Shown here: positions 39,433-49,401 of the stretch, piece after piece
Position numbering within the stretch: position 1 is the stretch's first letter
How the letters are laid out: every line of letters begins with the position of its first letter
Source: an uncultured Pelagibacteraceae bacterium
GTDB lineage: Bacteria > Pseudomonadota > Alphaproteobacteria > Pelagibacterales > Pelagibacteraceae
DNA: 64,000 nucleotides
Direction of reading: 5' to 3'
Assembly (NCBI GenBank): GCA_902592445.1
Contig: CACJEN010000004.1
Span: 34,991-98,990 of the forward strand
The notes under the pieces: generated by a model
The model's database searches: none
What the model saw: the letters and a program-made list of their open reading frames with translations, nothing else
What the model was told of the DNA's origin: nothing
Program-made: the position numbers and the translations under genes

Positions 39433-40260
39433 ATGAGTATAGAAAACATAATAAATGAAGCTTGGGAGAAAAGAGATCAAGTAAATCAAGACTCTAATCA
39501 AAATTTAAAAGAAACGGTTAATAAAATTATTGATGATCTAGATAGTGGAAAAGTAAGAGTAGCTGAAAAAATAAATGGTGAATGGGTTACACATCAACAT
39601 ATTAAAAAAGCTATTATGCTAAGTTTCAGAATGTATCCGATGGAAAATTTAAATGGCCCATACAGTAGTTGGTATGATAAAGCCCACTTATTAAAAGGAA
39701 AGACAGCTGGCTGGACAAAAGAAGATCATGAAAAAGCTGGTTTTAGAATGGTGCCTAATTCTCCAGTAAGAAAGGGTTCATTTGTTGGAAAGAATGCAGT
39801 TTTGATGCCATGCTATGTTAACATTGGAGCTTATATTGATGAAGGCACAATGATAGATACATTTGCTAGAGCTGGAAGCTGCTGTCAAATAGGAAAAAAC
39901 TGCCATATCTCAGCAGGTAGTGGTGTAGGAGGTGTACTAGAACCAGCACAAGCATTACCAACAATTATTGAGGACAATGTTTTCTTAGGTGCAATGTCAG
40001 AGGTGGTCGAAGGAGTTATTGTAGGTGAGGGTTCAGTTTTAAGTATGGGAATGTATATAGGTCAATCTACTAAAATAGTGAACAGAAAAACTGGTGAAAT
40101 AACATATGGAAAAATTCCACCTTATTCTGTAGTTGTGCCAGGCTCGTTACCAGATAAAAATAATGGTTCAGCACCATCATTATATTGTGCGGTGATAATT
40201 AAACAGGTTGATGAAAAAACAAGATCAAAAACATCTATTAACGATCTTTTAAGAGAATAA
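39433..40260 (+). CDS. dapD: Tetrahydrodipicolinate N-succinyltransferase
   Basis: LDSG..RVAE, VNIGAY, GGVLEP.QA.P, SLYCAVI. Confidence 0.96.
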   Translation: MSIENIINEAWEKRDQVNQDSNQNLKETVNKIIDDLDSGKVRVAEKINGEWVTHQHIKKAIMLSFRMYPMENLNGPYSSWYDKAHLLKGKTAGWTKEDHEKAGFRMVPNSPVRKGSFVGKNAVLMPCYVNIGAYIDEGTMIDTFARAGSCCQIGKNCHISAGSGVGGVLEPAQALPTIIEDNVFLGAMSEVVEGVIVGEGSVLSMGMYIGQSTKIVNRKTGEITYGKIPPYSVVVPGSLPDKNNGSAPSLYCAVIIKQVDEKTRSKTSINDLLRE

Positions 40261-40261
40261 A

Positions 40262-41419
40262 ATGATAAGACTAAATGAACTTCAATTAGCTAAAGAGCTA
40301 ATTAGATTTCCTTCTGTTACGCCAGTTGATGCAGGTGTAATGAGTTTTCTTGAAAAGAAATTAAAAAAACTTGGATTTAAAACAAAAATACTTGAATTTA
40401 GGGAAAAAAATACAAAACCTGTAAAAAATCTTTACGCAAAACTTGGAAACAAAAGTCCAAATTTTTGCTATGCAGGCCATTTAGATGTGGTTCCAGCTGG
40501 AAATTTAAAAGATTGGACGGTAAATCCATTCAAACCATCCATTAAAAACAGACATTTAATTGGTAGAGGTGCAAATGATATGAAAAGTTCCATTGCAGCA
40601 TTTGTCACAGCTGTAAGCAAGTTTATTCAAAAAAATAAAAAATTTAATGGCTCCATTAGTCTGCTGATCACTGGAGATGAAGAAGGTGTTGCAATTAATG
40701 GGACTAAAAAAGTTGTAGAATATTTAAAAAAGAAAAAAGAAAAAATAAATTTTTGTTTAGTTGGTGAGCCAACTAATCCAAATAAACTTGGAGAGATGAT
40801 TAAAATCGGTCGAAGAGGTAGTATAACTGGGAAACTAACTGTCATTGGAGTACAAGGTCATGTCGCTTATCCAAACAGAGCGAATAATCCATCAACAGCC
40901 CTAGTTCAAATTCTAAAAGAATTAAAAGGAATTAAATTTGATAAAGGAACAAAAGATTTTCAACCTACAAACTTAGAAATAACTAAAATTAATATTGATA
41001 ATTCGGCTGACAATGTAATTCCTGGTTTAGCGTACGCAAGCTTCAATATTAGATTTAATAATAAACATTCATCCAATACGTTGAAGAGTAAAATAAATAA
41101 AATTGTTAAAAAAATTTGTAATAAAAATAAATCAAAATATAAAATTGAATATAATGTTTCTGGTGAAGCTTTTTTAACCAGTCCAAATGAGACTACTTAT
41201 ATGATACAAAATACAATAAAAAAAATAACAAAAATTAAACCTAAGCTATCAACAACTGGTGGTACATCTGATGCAAGATTTATTAGAAAGATTTCTCCAT
41301 GCTTAGAATTTGGTTTAGTAGGAAAAACAATGCATAAAGTGGATGAAGTTGTTGCGCTAAAAGATTTAAAAAAATTAACTTTAATATACTCAAATATTTT
41401 AGAAAATTATTTTAAGTGA
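40262..41419 (+). CDS. dapE: Succinyl-diaminopimelate desuccinylase
   Basis: GHLDVVP, GRGANDMK, DEEG, GEP, GHVAYP, GGTSDARF. Confidence 0.96.
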   Translation: MIRLNELQLAKELIRFPSVTPVDAGVMSFLEKKLKKLGFKTKILEFREKNTKPVKNLYAKLGNKSPNFCYAGHLDVVPAGNLKDWTVNPFKPSIKNRHLIGRGANDMKSSIAAFVTAVSKFIQKNKKFNGSISLLITGDEEGVAINGTKKVVEYLKKKKEKINFCLVGEPTNPNKLGEMIKIGRRGSITGKLTVIGVQGHVAYPNRANNPSTALVQILKELKGIKFDKGTKDFQPTNLEITKINIDNSADNVIPGLAYASFNIRFNNKHSSNTLKSKINKIVKKICNKNKSKYKIEYNVSGEAFLTSPNETTYMIQNTIKKITKIKPKLSTTGGTSDARFIRKISPCLEFGLVGKTMHKVDEVVALKDLKKLTLIYSNILENYFK

Positions 41420-42345
41420 AAACTGGTCTAATTACATCAGATACCTATCAAAACCATAATACTGGAGAAGGGCATCCAGAAAAAATAGATCGTGTTACAG
41501 CTGTAATAGAAAATTTTAAAAAATTAGATAACAAAAATCTTGTTTGGAAAAAACCATCAAATTTTGATGAGTCCATTTTAATTAAAACCCACACAAAAGA
41601 TTATATTAAACAGGTTAACTTATCTTTTCCTCAGAGTGGTTTAAAATTTCTTGACGGTGATACAGTTGTCTCTCCTGGTAGTAAAGATGCAACGAAAGAT
41701 GCTGTAGGATCAATTATATCAGCAATTGACGGTGTTGAAAAAAAAGAATTTAAAAACGCATTTTGTTGTGTGAGACCTCCCGGGCATCACGCTGAAAAAG
41801 AGAAAGCCATGGGTTTCTGCATATTTAATAATGTTGCAGTTGGAGCAAATTATTTAATAGAGAAATACAAATATAAAAAAATTGCCATAATTGATTTTGA
41901 TGTACATCATGGAAACGGTACTCAAGATATTTTTTATAACGACAAAAATGTTTTATATATATCTACCCATCAGTATCCCTACTATCCAGGTTCTGGCTCT
42001 GAAAAAGAAAATGGAAAATACAACAATGTTCTCAATATTCCTTTAGAAGCGGGCACTACTGGAAATGAGTATCTTAATGCTTATGAAAAAGTTTTAGATA
42101 AATTAAAAGAGTTTAAACCAGAATTTTTACTATTTTCAGCAGGATTTGATGCGCATATTGATGATCCACTTGCTCAATTAAGATTAAGTTCAGAGGACTT
42201 TTATAAGATTACAAAAAGAACATTGGAAGTTTCAAAACCTTTTTGTAACGGAAATATTGTATCTATACTCGAAGGTGGATATGACCTTAGGGCCCTTCAA
42301 AAAAGTACTCAACGTCATGTAGATGCACTTATCGAATTTAATTGA
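41416..42345 (+). CDS. Histone deacetylase family (class II-like) Zn amidohydrolase
   Basis: HPE, RPPGHHA, GFC.FNN, DFDVHHGNGTQ, SAGFDAH, LEGGY. Confidence 0.93.
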   Translation: MKTGLITSDTYQNHNTGEGHPEKIDRVTAVIENFKKLDNKNLVWKKPSNFDESILIKTHTKDYIKQVNLSFPQSGLKFLDGDTVVSPGSKDATKDAVGSIISAIDGVEKKEFKNAFCCVRPPGHHAEKEKAMGFCIFNNVAVGANYLIEKYKYKKIAIIDFDVHHGNGTQDIFYNDKNVLYISTHQYPYYPGSGSEKENGKYNNVLNIPLEAGTTGNEYLNAYEKVLDKLKEFKPEFLLFSAGFDAHIDDPLAQLRLSSEDFYKITKRTLEVSKPFCNGNIVSILEGGYDLRALQKSTQRHVDALIEFN

Positions 42346-42377
42346 TTAATTAATTCATATATCTAAATAGAAACTTA

Positions 42378-42857
42378 ATGAAATTGTACAAAATTAAAAA
42401 ATCTGACATCGATAAAAAAGGTAAAGGTCTTTATGCATCAAAGAATATTAAAGCTGGAACAAAAATAATAGATTACATAGGAAAAATAGTTACCAATAAA
42501 CAAATCGATGAGTCAGATAAATATGATAATTCAAAACCCATTTATCTTTTCACTCTAAACAAGAGATATACTCTGGATGGAGATTTCTCTTGGAACATTG
42601 CAGGATTAATAAATCATTCATGTGAAAATAATTGTGAATATGAGGGAAAAGGTTTGAAAATATGGGTTACCGCTATCAAAGATATTAAAAAAGGTGAAGA
42701 GCTGACTTGTGATTATGGGTTTGGATATGACAAAGATTACAGGCAGTTTCCTTGTAAATGTAGATCAAAAAATTGTTGTGGTTACATAGTTAGAGCAGAG
42801 TCAAGGTGGAGAATAAATAAAAAATTTGCAATGAGTAATAAAAAAGCTAATAGCTAA
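42378..42857 (+). CDS. SET-domain protein-lysine methyltransferase with post-SET
   Basis: GKGLYA, INHSC, GEELTCDY, CKC....C. Confidence 0.92.
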   Translation: MKLYKIKKSDIDKKGKGLYASKNIKAGTKIIDYIGKIVTNKQIDESDKYDNSKPIYLFTLNKRYTLDGDFSWNIAGLINHSCENNCEYEGKGLKIWVTAIKDIKKGEELTCDYGFGYDKDYRQFPCKCRSKNCCGYIVRAESRWRINKKFAMSNKKANS

Positions 42858-43587
42858 CCTTCTCTAAATAAAGCCCATGTGCTGGGGCTAGTGGTGCACA
42901 ATTTTTTCTATCTTTTGAATTAAAGACATCTTCAAATTTTTTTAAATTCCATTTATTTTCAGATAAATATTTTAATGACCCTACCATTGATCTGACCTGG
43001 CTTTTTAAAAAGGACTGGGATTTTATTCTAATTTTAATTTGTTTTTTTGATTTTAAAATTTGTATTTTTTTTATAGTTCTTATTGGACTTTTCGCACCAC
43101 AGTTTGCGGCTCTGAAGGTAGAAAAATTGTGTGTTCCAACTAATTTTTTAGCACCTTTTTTCATCAAATTAAGATCTAATTTATTTCGGATATTCCATTC
43201 TCTATTATGATTTATTGTTGACGGAGATTGATCATTTCTAATTATATATAAGTAAGTTCTCTCTTTTGCAGAAAATCTTGAATGAAAATTATTCTTTTTT
43301 AATTTTATTTTAAGAATTGAAATATTTTTTTTATTTAAAAAAAAATTAAGGGATTTGGTTAATTTATTAATATCTTTTATTTTATTTTGACAATCAAAGT
43401 GGGCTGATTGTTCTAAAGCATGAACACCCTTATCGGTTCTTCCAGATCCGTGAAGTTTAATATTTTCCTTTAATAGTTTTGAAATAACGTTTTGAATTGT
43501 TTTTTGAATTGAATTACCCTTTTTCTGAGTTTGCCAACCAATATATGAAGTACCAACGTATTCTATGAGTACTTGATATCTATTCAT
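42847..43587 (-). CDS. truA: tRNA pseudouridine(38-40) synthase
   Basis: GWQ.Q, GRTDKGVHA, FHSRF, AP..GL. Confidence 0.96.
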   Translation of the reverse strand: MNRYQVLIEYVGTSYIGWQTQKKGNSIQKTIQNVISKLLKENIKLHGSGRTDKGVHALEQSAHFDCQNKIKDINKLTKSLNFFLNKKNISILKIKLKKNNFHSRFSAKERTYLYIIRNDQSPSTINHNREWNIRNKLDLNLMKKGAKKLVGTHNFSTFRAANCGAKSPIRTIKKIQILKSKKQIKIRIKSQSFLKSQVRSMVGSLKYLSENKWNLKKFEDVFNSKDRKNCAPLAPAHGLYLEKVSY

Positions 43588-44500
43588 TTTTTAAGATTAT
43601 CCCTTTTTTTAGTTTGCTACCTAAAAGAAAATCTCTAGTTTTTTGTGGCTTTTTTCCTTCTCTTTGAATTTCAGTTACTTTAATTGATTTATTCCCACAA
43701 GAGATCGTTAGTTCATCGTCAATTATTTCTCCAGGTCTCATAGTAGTTTTTGATAAGGTAGCTCTTAATATTTTGTGCCTATTATTCTCGAAACCAAACC
43801 AAGCACCGGGTTGTGGATACAATCCATTTATCTTTGCCAAAATTTCATCAGCTCCATTATTCCAGTTTATTTTACCTTCGATTTTTTGAATTTTTTTTGC
43901 ATATGTAGCCATTGAAGAATCTTGCTCTTCAAAATTAGATTTTTGTTGTAAAATATTTTCAATATTAGTTAATATTTTTTCGGCAGCCAAATTTGAAAGC
44001 CTATCAGCCAAACCCTTAGCATTTTCATTTTCCAATATATCTAAAGGATATTTGTTACAAACTGGACCCTCATCCAACTTTGAATTTATTTTCATAATAC
44101 TTAAGCCTGTAATTTTATCCATATTGATTAACGATCTTTGTATGGGTGCTGCTCCCCTCCACTTAGGTAGCAGAGATGCATGAATATTTATAAAACCATT
44201 TTTGCTTAAACTTAAAATATCCTCTGAAAGAATTTGTCCATAAGCAACTACAATTGCTAAATCTAAATTTAAAGATTTTATATAATCAATTTCTTTTTCA
44301 ATATTTTCAGGTGTTTTTATTTCAATGCCTAATTCTTCAGATAATAGATGTATAGGAGATTTATTTAATTTATGTCCTCTATTAGACTTTCTTGGAGGTT
44401 GACTGAATACGCAAGATATTTTGAAATTACTTTGTTGAATAGATTTTAAGATAGGAACTGCAAAATTAGGGGTCCCTAAAAAAGCTATTTTTTTATCCAT
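43580..44500 (-). CDS. fmt: Methionyl-tRNA formyltransferase
   Basis: FLGTP.FA, VVAYGQI, NIHASLLP.WRGAAP. Confidence 0.97.
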   Translation of the reverse strand: MDKKIAFLGTPNFAVPILKSIQQSNFKISCVFSQPPRKSNRGHKLNKSPIHLLSEELGIEIKTPENIEKEIDYIKSLNLDLAIVVAYGQILSEDILSLSKNGFINIHASLLPKWRGAAPIQRSLINMDKITGLSIMKINSKLDEGPVCNKYPLDILENENAKGLADRLSNLAAEKILTNIENILQQKSNFEEQDSSMATYAKKIQKIEGKINWNNGADEILAKINGLYPQPGAWFGFENNRHKILRATLSKTTMRPGEIIDDELTISCGNKSIKVTEIQREGKKPQKTRDFLLGSKLKKGIILKNE

Positions 44501-44503
44501 TTA

Positions 44504-45028
44504 TCAAACAATAATTCTATCGGGCTTCTCTTTTTGTTTTGAAAGCTTTTTGATAATCATTGTTTTTTTTAATTTTGATAAATAATCTATGAATAGTATT
44601 CCCTCTAAATGATCCATTTCATGTTGGATACATGTTGCCAACAAACCCTCTGCATTCAAAACTTTTTTTTTACCGTTATAATCTAAATATTCAACATCAC
44701 ATTTTTTTGGGCGATCAATTTCTGCAAAATAATTTGGAACTGATAAGCAACCTTCTTCATATGTTGAAAGTTCAGTATTTTTATTTTTGATAACTGGATT
44801 TACAAAGTACAAAGGATTTTTTTTTTCTTCTCCTTTGGAAATATCCATAACAATAATCCTTTTTGGTATACCTATTTGAATTGCAGCCAAACCTATTCCA
44901 TTTGCAGCATACATTGTGTCTAGCATGTCATCCATCAATTTCTGTTCATCTTTTCCAACCGAAATTACATCTTTGGATTTTTGCCTTAATATTTTATTAG
45001 GTTCTGTGATTATCGTTTTAATTGACAT
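44504..45028 (-). CDS. def: Peptide deformylase
   Basis: GIGLAA.Q, EGCLS, QHEMDH. Confidence 0.98.
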   Translation of the reverse strand: MSIKTIITEPNKILRQKSKDVISVGKDEQKLMDDMLDTMYAANGIGLAAIQIGIPKRIIVMDISKGEEKKNPLYFVNPVIKNKNTELSTYEEGCLSVPNYFAEIDRPKKCDVEYLDYNGKKKVLNAEGLLATCIQHEMDHLEGILFIDYLSKLKKTMIIKKLSKQKEKPDRIIV

Positions 45029-45048
45029 AACTAATTTTATAACAAATT

Positions 45049-46782
45049 TTAGACTTTTAAAGGCAGAACTTTTAGTAAAATTTCATTCCTCAAATCTACC
45101 AGTTTTAATTCATTCAAAATACTAACAATGTAATCTACAGATTCTATGCCAAGATCTTCTAAATTATCTTCTCCAATAATTTCAGAAATTTTTAAAAGTA
45201 CCAATCCAGTTTCTCCATTTACAATCATAGTATTTATTTCTGATGGTAAATTGTTGTTATAATCATAGAGTTTTTCATATTTTTTTAATATTTGTACCCC
45301 ATCTGATTTAAGCGATTCCATTACAATTATATCTTTTAAAGAAAAAACATATTTTTTGTTTTTTTTTATCTTTTTAAGCAAATCATTAGTCTCTTTTTCT
45401 ACCTGAGGAAGACTTGTTTTATTTTGAAAATAGTTCAAAACTTTTGATTGATGAAAAACTTTATTATTCAATTTAATTTTGAGCTCAGCAAGTTTCTCTG
45501 GCTCCTTATTTTTCATAAAAAAAGTTTTGTAATTTGAGGGTATTTCATCCTCTGGGATATTTTTCAAAATACTTGCAAGTTTTTCATCAAAAGCATTAGG
45601 TAAATTTGACTGATCAAATGATTTTTTTATTAAGGAAAGCAAATTTAATTTTTCAGAAATTTCAGTGGTAAGTAATGATCTTTGGTACAATAAGGCTCTT
45701 GCCTCATAATCTTCTAAGAGCTTATATGTATTTTTGTAGTTTAAAAGTTGAGTAATATTGAATTGAAATCTCATATATAAATTAAACAATTCTTCTTCTT
45801 CATAAACTTCATCATTTGTTGCTCTTTCAATAAGTTTGATTTGTTCTGCATTTTCAATATCAACAAACTCTGTATTTTTAAGTAGGTTAGATGTCGACAA
45901 ATAATTCCATATATATTTTGGCGTATCTATTTTGGGATCATATTTAAAATCTTTGGTTGTTTTGTGAGATAAATGAAAATAAAGAATATTCTTTTCTGAT
46001 ATTTCTTCATTTGGTTTTTTATAACCCATCAATATATTAAATTTTTTTACAAAGAATTTATCTAAATCATCTAACTCTGACTTAAGATCGAATAATAATT
46101 GCGCCTCATCTCTCCTATCTTGATGAATTAAACAATATATTTTAAAATTTGTTAGATAATCGCTTGAAATTAAATTTGTTACTTCAAAAATTTCACATGA
46201 TTTATCAAGTTGAGAATTCGATAGATAATAATCAACATAGAATTTGATTAATTTTTTGCCCTCAACCAAATTTTGATTTTTAATCAAAAATTCTTTTATC
46301 AAATCATAATTTTTCTTTTTGATTAAAAAATCAAACTTGAAGTCCAAAAACTCTTTTGGTGAGATATTTGTATTTGGAATGTAAGAATTTGTTAGTAATG
46401 CAATATCTAAGACTTTTTCTGAAAATTTCGATAAATCTTTTGATGTTAAATTTTTTAAAGTATTTTTAATATCTTCTCCATTGCTATTAGACCACATATC
46501 TATTGATAAACCATTTTCTTCAGGATCGTACAAACCAGCCAATTTAATATCAGATAGATTTAAATTATCATTTACTAATATTTTTTCATTTTGTTGTTCT
46601 ATTTGAATTCCTTGGATAACATTATTGCTTTCTTCTTTTCTATTTTCAGTTAATGAATCTTCTACTGTGATTTCCTTTTCAATATTCCAAATGTCCACTG
46701 GATCATTGGCCTTCAAAGGACTTTGTAAAATACAAAATAAAAATACAAGTAAGATACTACTTAATTGTTTTAAAATTTTCAT
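45049..46782 (-). CDS. Exported helical hypothetical protein
   Basis: 577-aa ORF with a signal peptide and G...GL..DMW motif; no catalytic motif recognised. Confidence 0.75.
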   Translation of the reverse strand: MKILKQLSSILLVFLFCILQSPLKANDPVDIWNIEKEITVEDSLTENRKEESNNVIQGIQIEQQNEKILVNDNLNLSDIKLAGLYDPEENGLSIDMWSNSNGEDIKNTLKNLTSKDLSKFSEKVLDIALLTNSYIPNTNISPKEFLDFKFDFLIKKKNYDLIKEFLIKNQNLVEGKKLIKFYVDYYLSNSQLDKSCEIFEVTNLISSDYLTNFKIYCLIHQDRRDEAQLLFDLKSELDDLDKFFVKKFNILMGYKKPNEEISEKNILYFHLSHKTTKDFKYDPKIDTPKYIWNYLSTSNLLKNTEFVDIENAEQIKLIERATNDEVYEEEELFNLYMRFQFNITQLLNYKNTYKLLEDYEARALLYQRSLLTTEISEKLNLLSLIKKSFDQSNLPNAFDEKLASILKNIPEDEIPSNYKTFFMKNKEPEKLAELKIKLNNKVFHQSKVLNYFQNKTSLPQVEKETNDLLKKIKKNKKYVFSLKDIIVMESLKSDGVQILKKYEKLYDYNNNLPSEINTMIVNGETGLVLLKISEIIGEDNLEDLGIESVDYIVSILNELKLVDLRNEILLKVLPLKV

Positions 46783-46942
46783 TTGGTATTATTTTTTCAA
46801 TTGTTTTATTAGGTGCTGGAAAGTCAATTTTGGAAACAAGTACAACTCCAACAAAAAGAATAATAACGATAAAAATTAGTTTAATTATAAATTTACCTAA
46901 AGCAAATATTCCACCTGTGCTTGTTTTTCTTGTGAATTGCAT
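46757..46942 (-). CDS. Small single-TM hypothetical protein
   Basis: TM helix then D.PAP...IEK.IP; divergent from aroK. Confidence 0.65.
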   Translation of the reverse strand: MQFTRKTSTGGIFALGKFIIKLIFIVIILFVGVVLVSKIDFPAPNKTIEKIIPNENFKTIK

Positions 46943-46998
46943 ATAGTTTAAGTAATTTCAGAATAAGACATATTTGTGTTTTTTCAATATAGAAACTT

Positions 46999-47511
46999 AT
47001 GAAATCAAAAAAAAATATTGTTTTAGTTGGCATGATGGGTGCTGGCAAATCCTCAATTGGAAAATTATTAGCCAAAAGAATTGGATTAGAATTTGTTGAT
47101 ATTGATAAATTAATTGAGAAAAAAGAGGATAAAGATATTGTAGAAATATTTTCAAAAAATGGTGAAAAATATTTCAGAGACTTGGAGGAGAAGATTTCAA
47201 TAGAAAAACTGAAACACCATAACCAAGTCATTGCATTAGGTGGAGGCGCATATTTAAATAGAAATATTAGAAAACAAACCTTATCTAAATCAACTACATT
47301 TTGGTTAAACTGGAACTCATCTACATTAATTAAAAGGATTAAAGATAACAAAAAGAGACCAGTAATTTTAAATTTGAAAATAAATGAGATCAAGAAACTG
47401 ATAGATGAAAGATCAAAAATATATATTTCGTCTGATTATAAAATTAATTGTGATAAGCTTGATAAATTTGAAATTGTAAAAAAAATAAAAGATATATATG
47501 AAGGCTCATAA
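46999..47511 (+). CDS. aroK: Shikimate kinase
   Basis: GMMGAGKS, GEKYFR..E, LGGG, RP. Confidence 0.96.
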   Translation: MKSKKNIVLVGMMGAGKSSIGKLLAKRIGLEFVDIDKLIEKKEDKDIVEIFSKNGEKYFRDLEEKISIEKLKHHNQVIALGGGAYLNRNIRKQTLSKSTTFWLNWNSSTLIKRIKDNKKRPVILNLKINEIKKLIDERSKIYISSDYKINCDKLDKFEIVKKIKDIYEGS

Positions 47512-48604
47512 TCTAAGTATTAATACTAAAACAAAAAAATATTCTATTTTTATTGGTTCTAATTTAATCTCAAATATAAACAGAATTTTTACATCACAAA
47601 AATTATCATTTTCTAAAATTTTAATTGTAGTGGACAAGAATGTCCCTATTAAATTTAAAAAAAAATTAATCAGTAATCTAAAAACTGACCTGAAAAAGAT
47701 TCATGTATTTAACCCTAGTGAAAAGAACAAAAGTCAAAAAACTGTTGAAATTATTCAAAATATTCTTTTTAAGAATAGATTTAACAGGGATGATTGTTTA
47801 ATTGCATTTGGAGGAGGAATTACTGGAGATGTTGCTGCATATTCTGCAAGCACATATAAAAGAGGTATTAAATTTGTAAACATTCCCACAACTCTGTTGG
47901 CTCAAGTAGATTCCTCTGTAGGTGGGAAAACAGGCATTAATAATTCATATGGCAAAAACCTCATTGGAAGTTTTTATCAACCTGATGCTGTCGTATCGGA
48001 TATAAATTTACTAAAATCATTGAATACTAGGGAGATTATTTGCGGATATGCAGAAATATTAAAAAGTAGCTTATTAGAGAACTATCAAAGTTTTAAATAC
48101 TTAGACAAAAATATTAAAAACATATTAAACCTTAATGAGCCATTTATAAATAAAGCTATTCTCAAGAGTTGTAATTTAAAAAAGAAGATAGTTCAAAAAG
48201 ACGAGACAGAGAAAAAATTAAGAAAAGTTCTAAATCTAGGACATACATTTGCACATGCTTATGAGAGTTGTCTAGGATTTTCAAAAAAACTAAATCATGG
48301 TGAGGCGGTTATAATTGGAATTAAGAATTCAATCGAATTTAGTAAAAAGCAAAATTTGATAAATATTAAATCTTACAAGTCTATTAAAAATCATATAAAT
48401 AAAATACCATTAAATAAAAGTTTTAAATCATTATTTAAGAAAAAAGATATAAATAGAATTATATCCTTTATGAAATCTGACAAAAAAAATAGTTCAAAAA
48501 AAATTAATTTAATACTATTTAAAAATTTTGGGAAAATAAAAACTGATTTTCAAATCACTGAATTTTCTTTAAAAAAATTTTTAAATTCGCAGCTAAGTAA
48601 TTAA
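47498..48604 (+). CDS. aroB: 3-dehydroquinate synthase
   Basis: GGGITGD, PTTLLAQVDSSVGGKTG, LNLGHTFAH, HGEAV. Confidence 0.97.
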   Translation: MKAHNLSINTKTKKYSIFIGSNLISNINRIFTSQKLSFSKILIVVDKNVPIKFKKKLISNLKTDLKKIHVFNPSEKNKSQKTVEIIQNILFKNRFNRDDCLIAFGGGITGDVAAYSASTYKRGIKFVNIPTTLLAQVDSSVGGKTGINNSYGKNLIGSFYQPDAVVSDINLLKSLNTREIICGYAEILKSSLLENYQSFKYLDKNIKNILNLNEPFINKAILKSCNLKKKIVQKDETEKKLRKVLNLGHTFAHAYESCLGFSKKLNHGEAVIIGIKNSIEFSKKQNLINIKSYKSIKNHINKIPLNKSFKSLFKKKDINRIISFMKSDKKNSSKKINLILFKNFGKIKTDFQITEFSLKKFLNSQLSN

Positions 48605-48853
48605 AATCTGTAGCGAATGTATATATTCTCTCATTTCATTCTCCAATATTTTAAAAATTAGTCTATTAGATTGCACTTGATTCATTTTTTTTAGTTTTTC
48701 TGACTTAATTTTTAATTTTATATGAAATTTTTTAGGATCATTATTTTTATGATTTTTATGTAAAAAGGATTTATCTTCTAGAGAAATTTCTTCGACTGAT
48801 TGATTTTCTAGGATTTTTTTTTTTACTATTTCTGAAAGTTGATTAATATCCAT
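48593..48853 (-). CDS. bolA: BolA family protein
   Basis: D.S..H..H, HIKL.I.S, IHSLQI. Confidence 0.88.
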   Translation of the reverse strand: MDINQLSEIVKKKILENQSVEEISLEDKSFLHKNHKNNDPKKFHIKLKIKSEKLKKMNQVQSNRLIFKILENEMREYIHSLQILIT

Positions 48854-48873
48854 TTAAATAAATATTATACTAC

Positions 48874-49401
48874 ATGAAAAATATCTGTGATTGGAACAAT
48901 TGTTTTGAGGAAGGGTTGTATAAAGCACCCAAAGAAAGAGATAATAGTAAAAATTTTAGATTACTATGTTTAGAACATGTAAAAGAATTCAATAAAAATT
49001 GGAATTATTTCTCTGGTATGAATGATCAGCAGATAATGGATTTTTTGAGATCAGATTTAACCTGGCACAAACCGACGCAGAGCTTTAGTTCGTCAGATAA
49101 TTTTTTTAAAGTTTTATGGAATAACGCACTAAAAGATGAAATGGATAAAATGAAATTTGATAATGAATTTAACCATATGAACAAATTTAAGTTTAATAGT
49201 AATGATATTAAAGCATTTGGAATACTTGGAGTATCGGTAGGACTAAAATGGGAAAAAATTCAGGAAAAATTTAAAAAACTTGTTAAAAAATTTCACCCTG
49301 ATATGAATTCTGGAAATAAAAAATTTGAAGATAAACTTAAAGTAATAACTTTAGCTTATACTCAACTTAAAAATACTTATAAGGATAGAATTGACACCTA
49401 A
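48874..49401 (+). CDS. J-domain co-chaperone with an N-terminal Cys/His motif
   Basis: C...C...G.YKAP...CLEHV.EFN..WNYF; HPD motif. Confidence 0.9.
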   Translation: MKNICDWNNCFEEGLYKAPKERDNSKNFRLLCLEHVKEFNKNWNYFSGMNDQQIMDFLRSDLTWHKPTQSFSSSDNFFKVLWNNALKDEMDKMKFDNEFNHMNKFKFNSNDIKAFGILGVSVGLKWEKIQEKFKKLVKKFHPDMNSGNKKFEDKLKVITLAYTQLKNTYKDRIDT

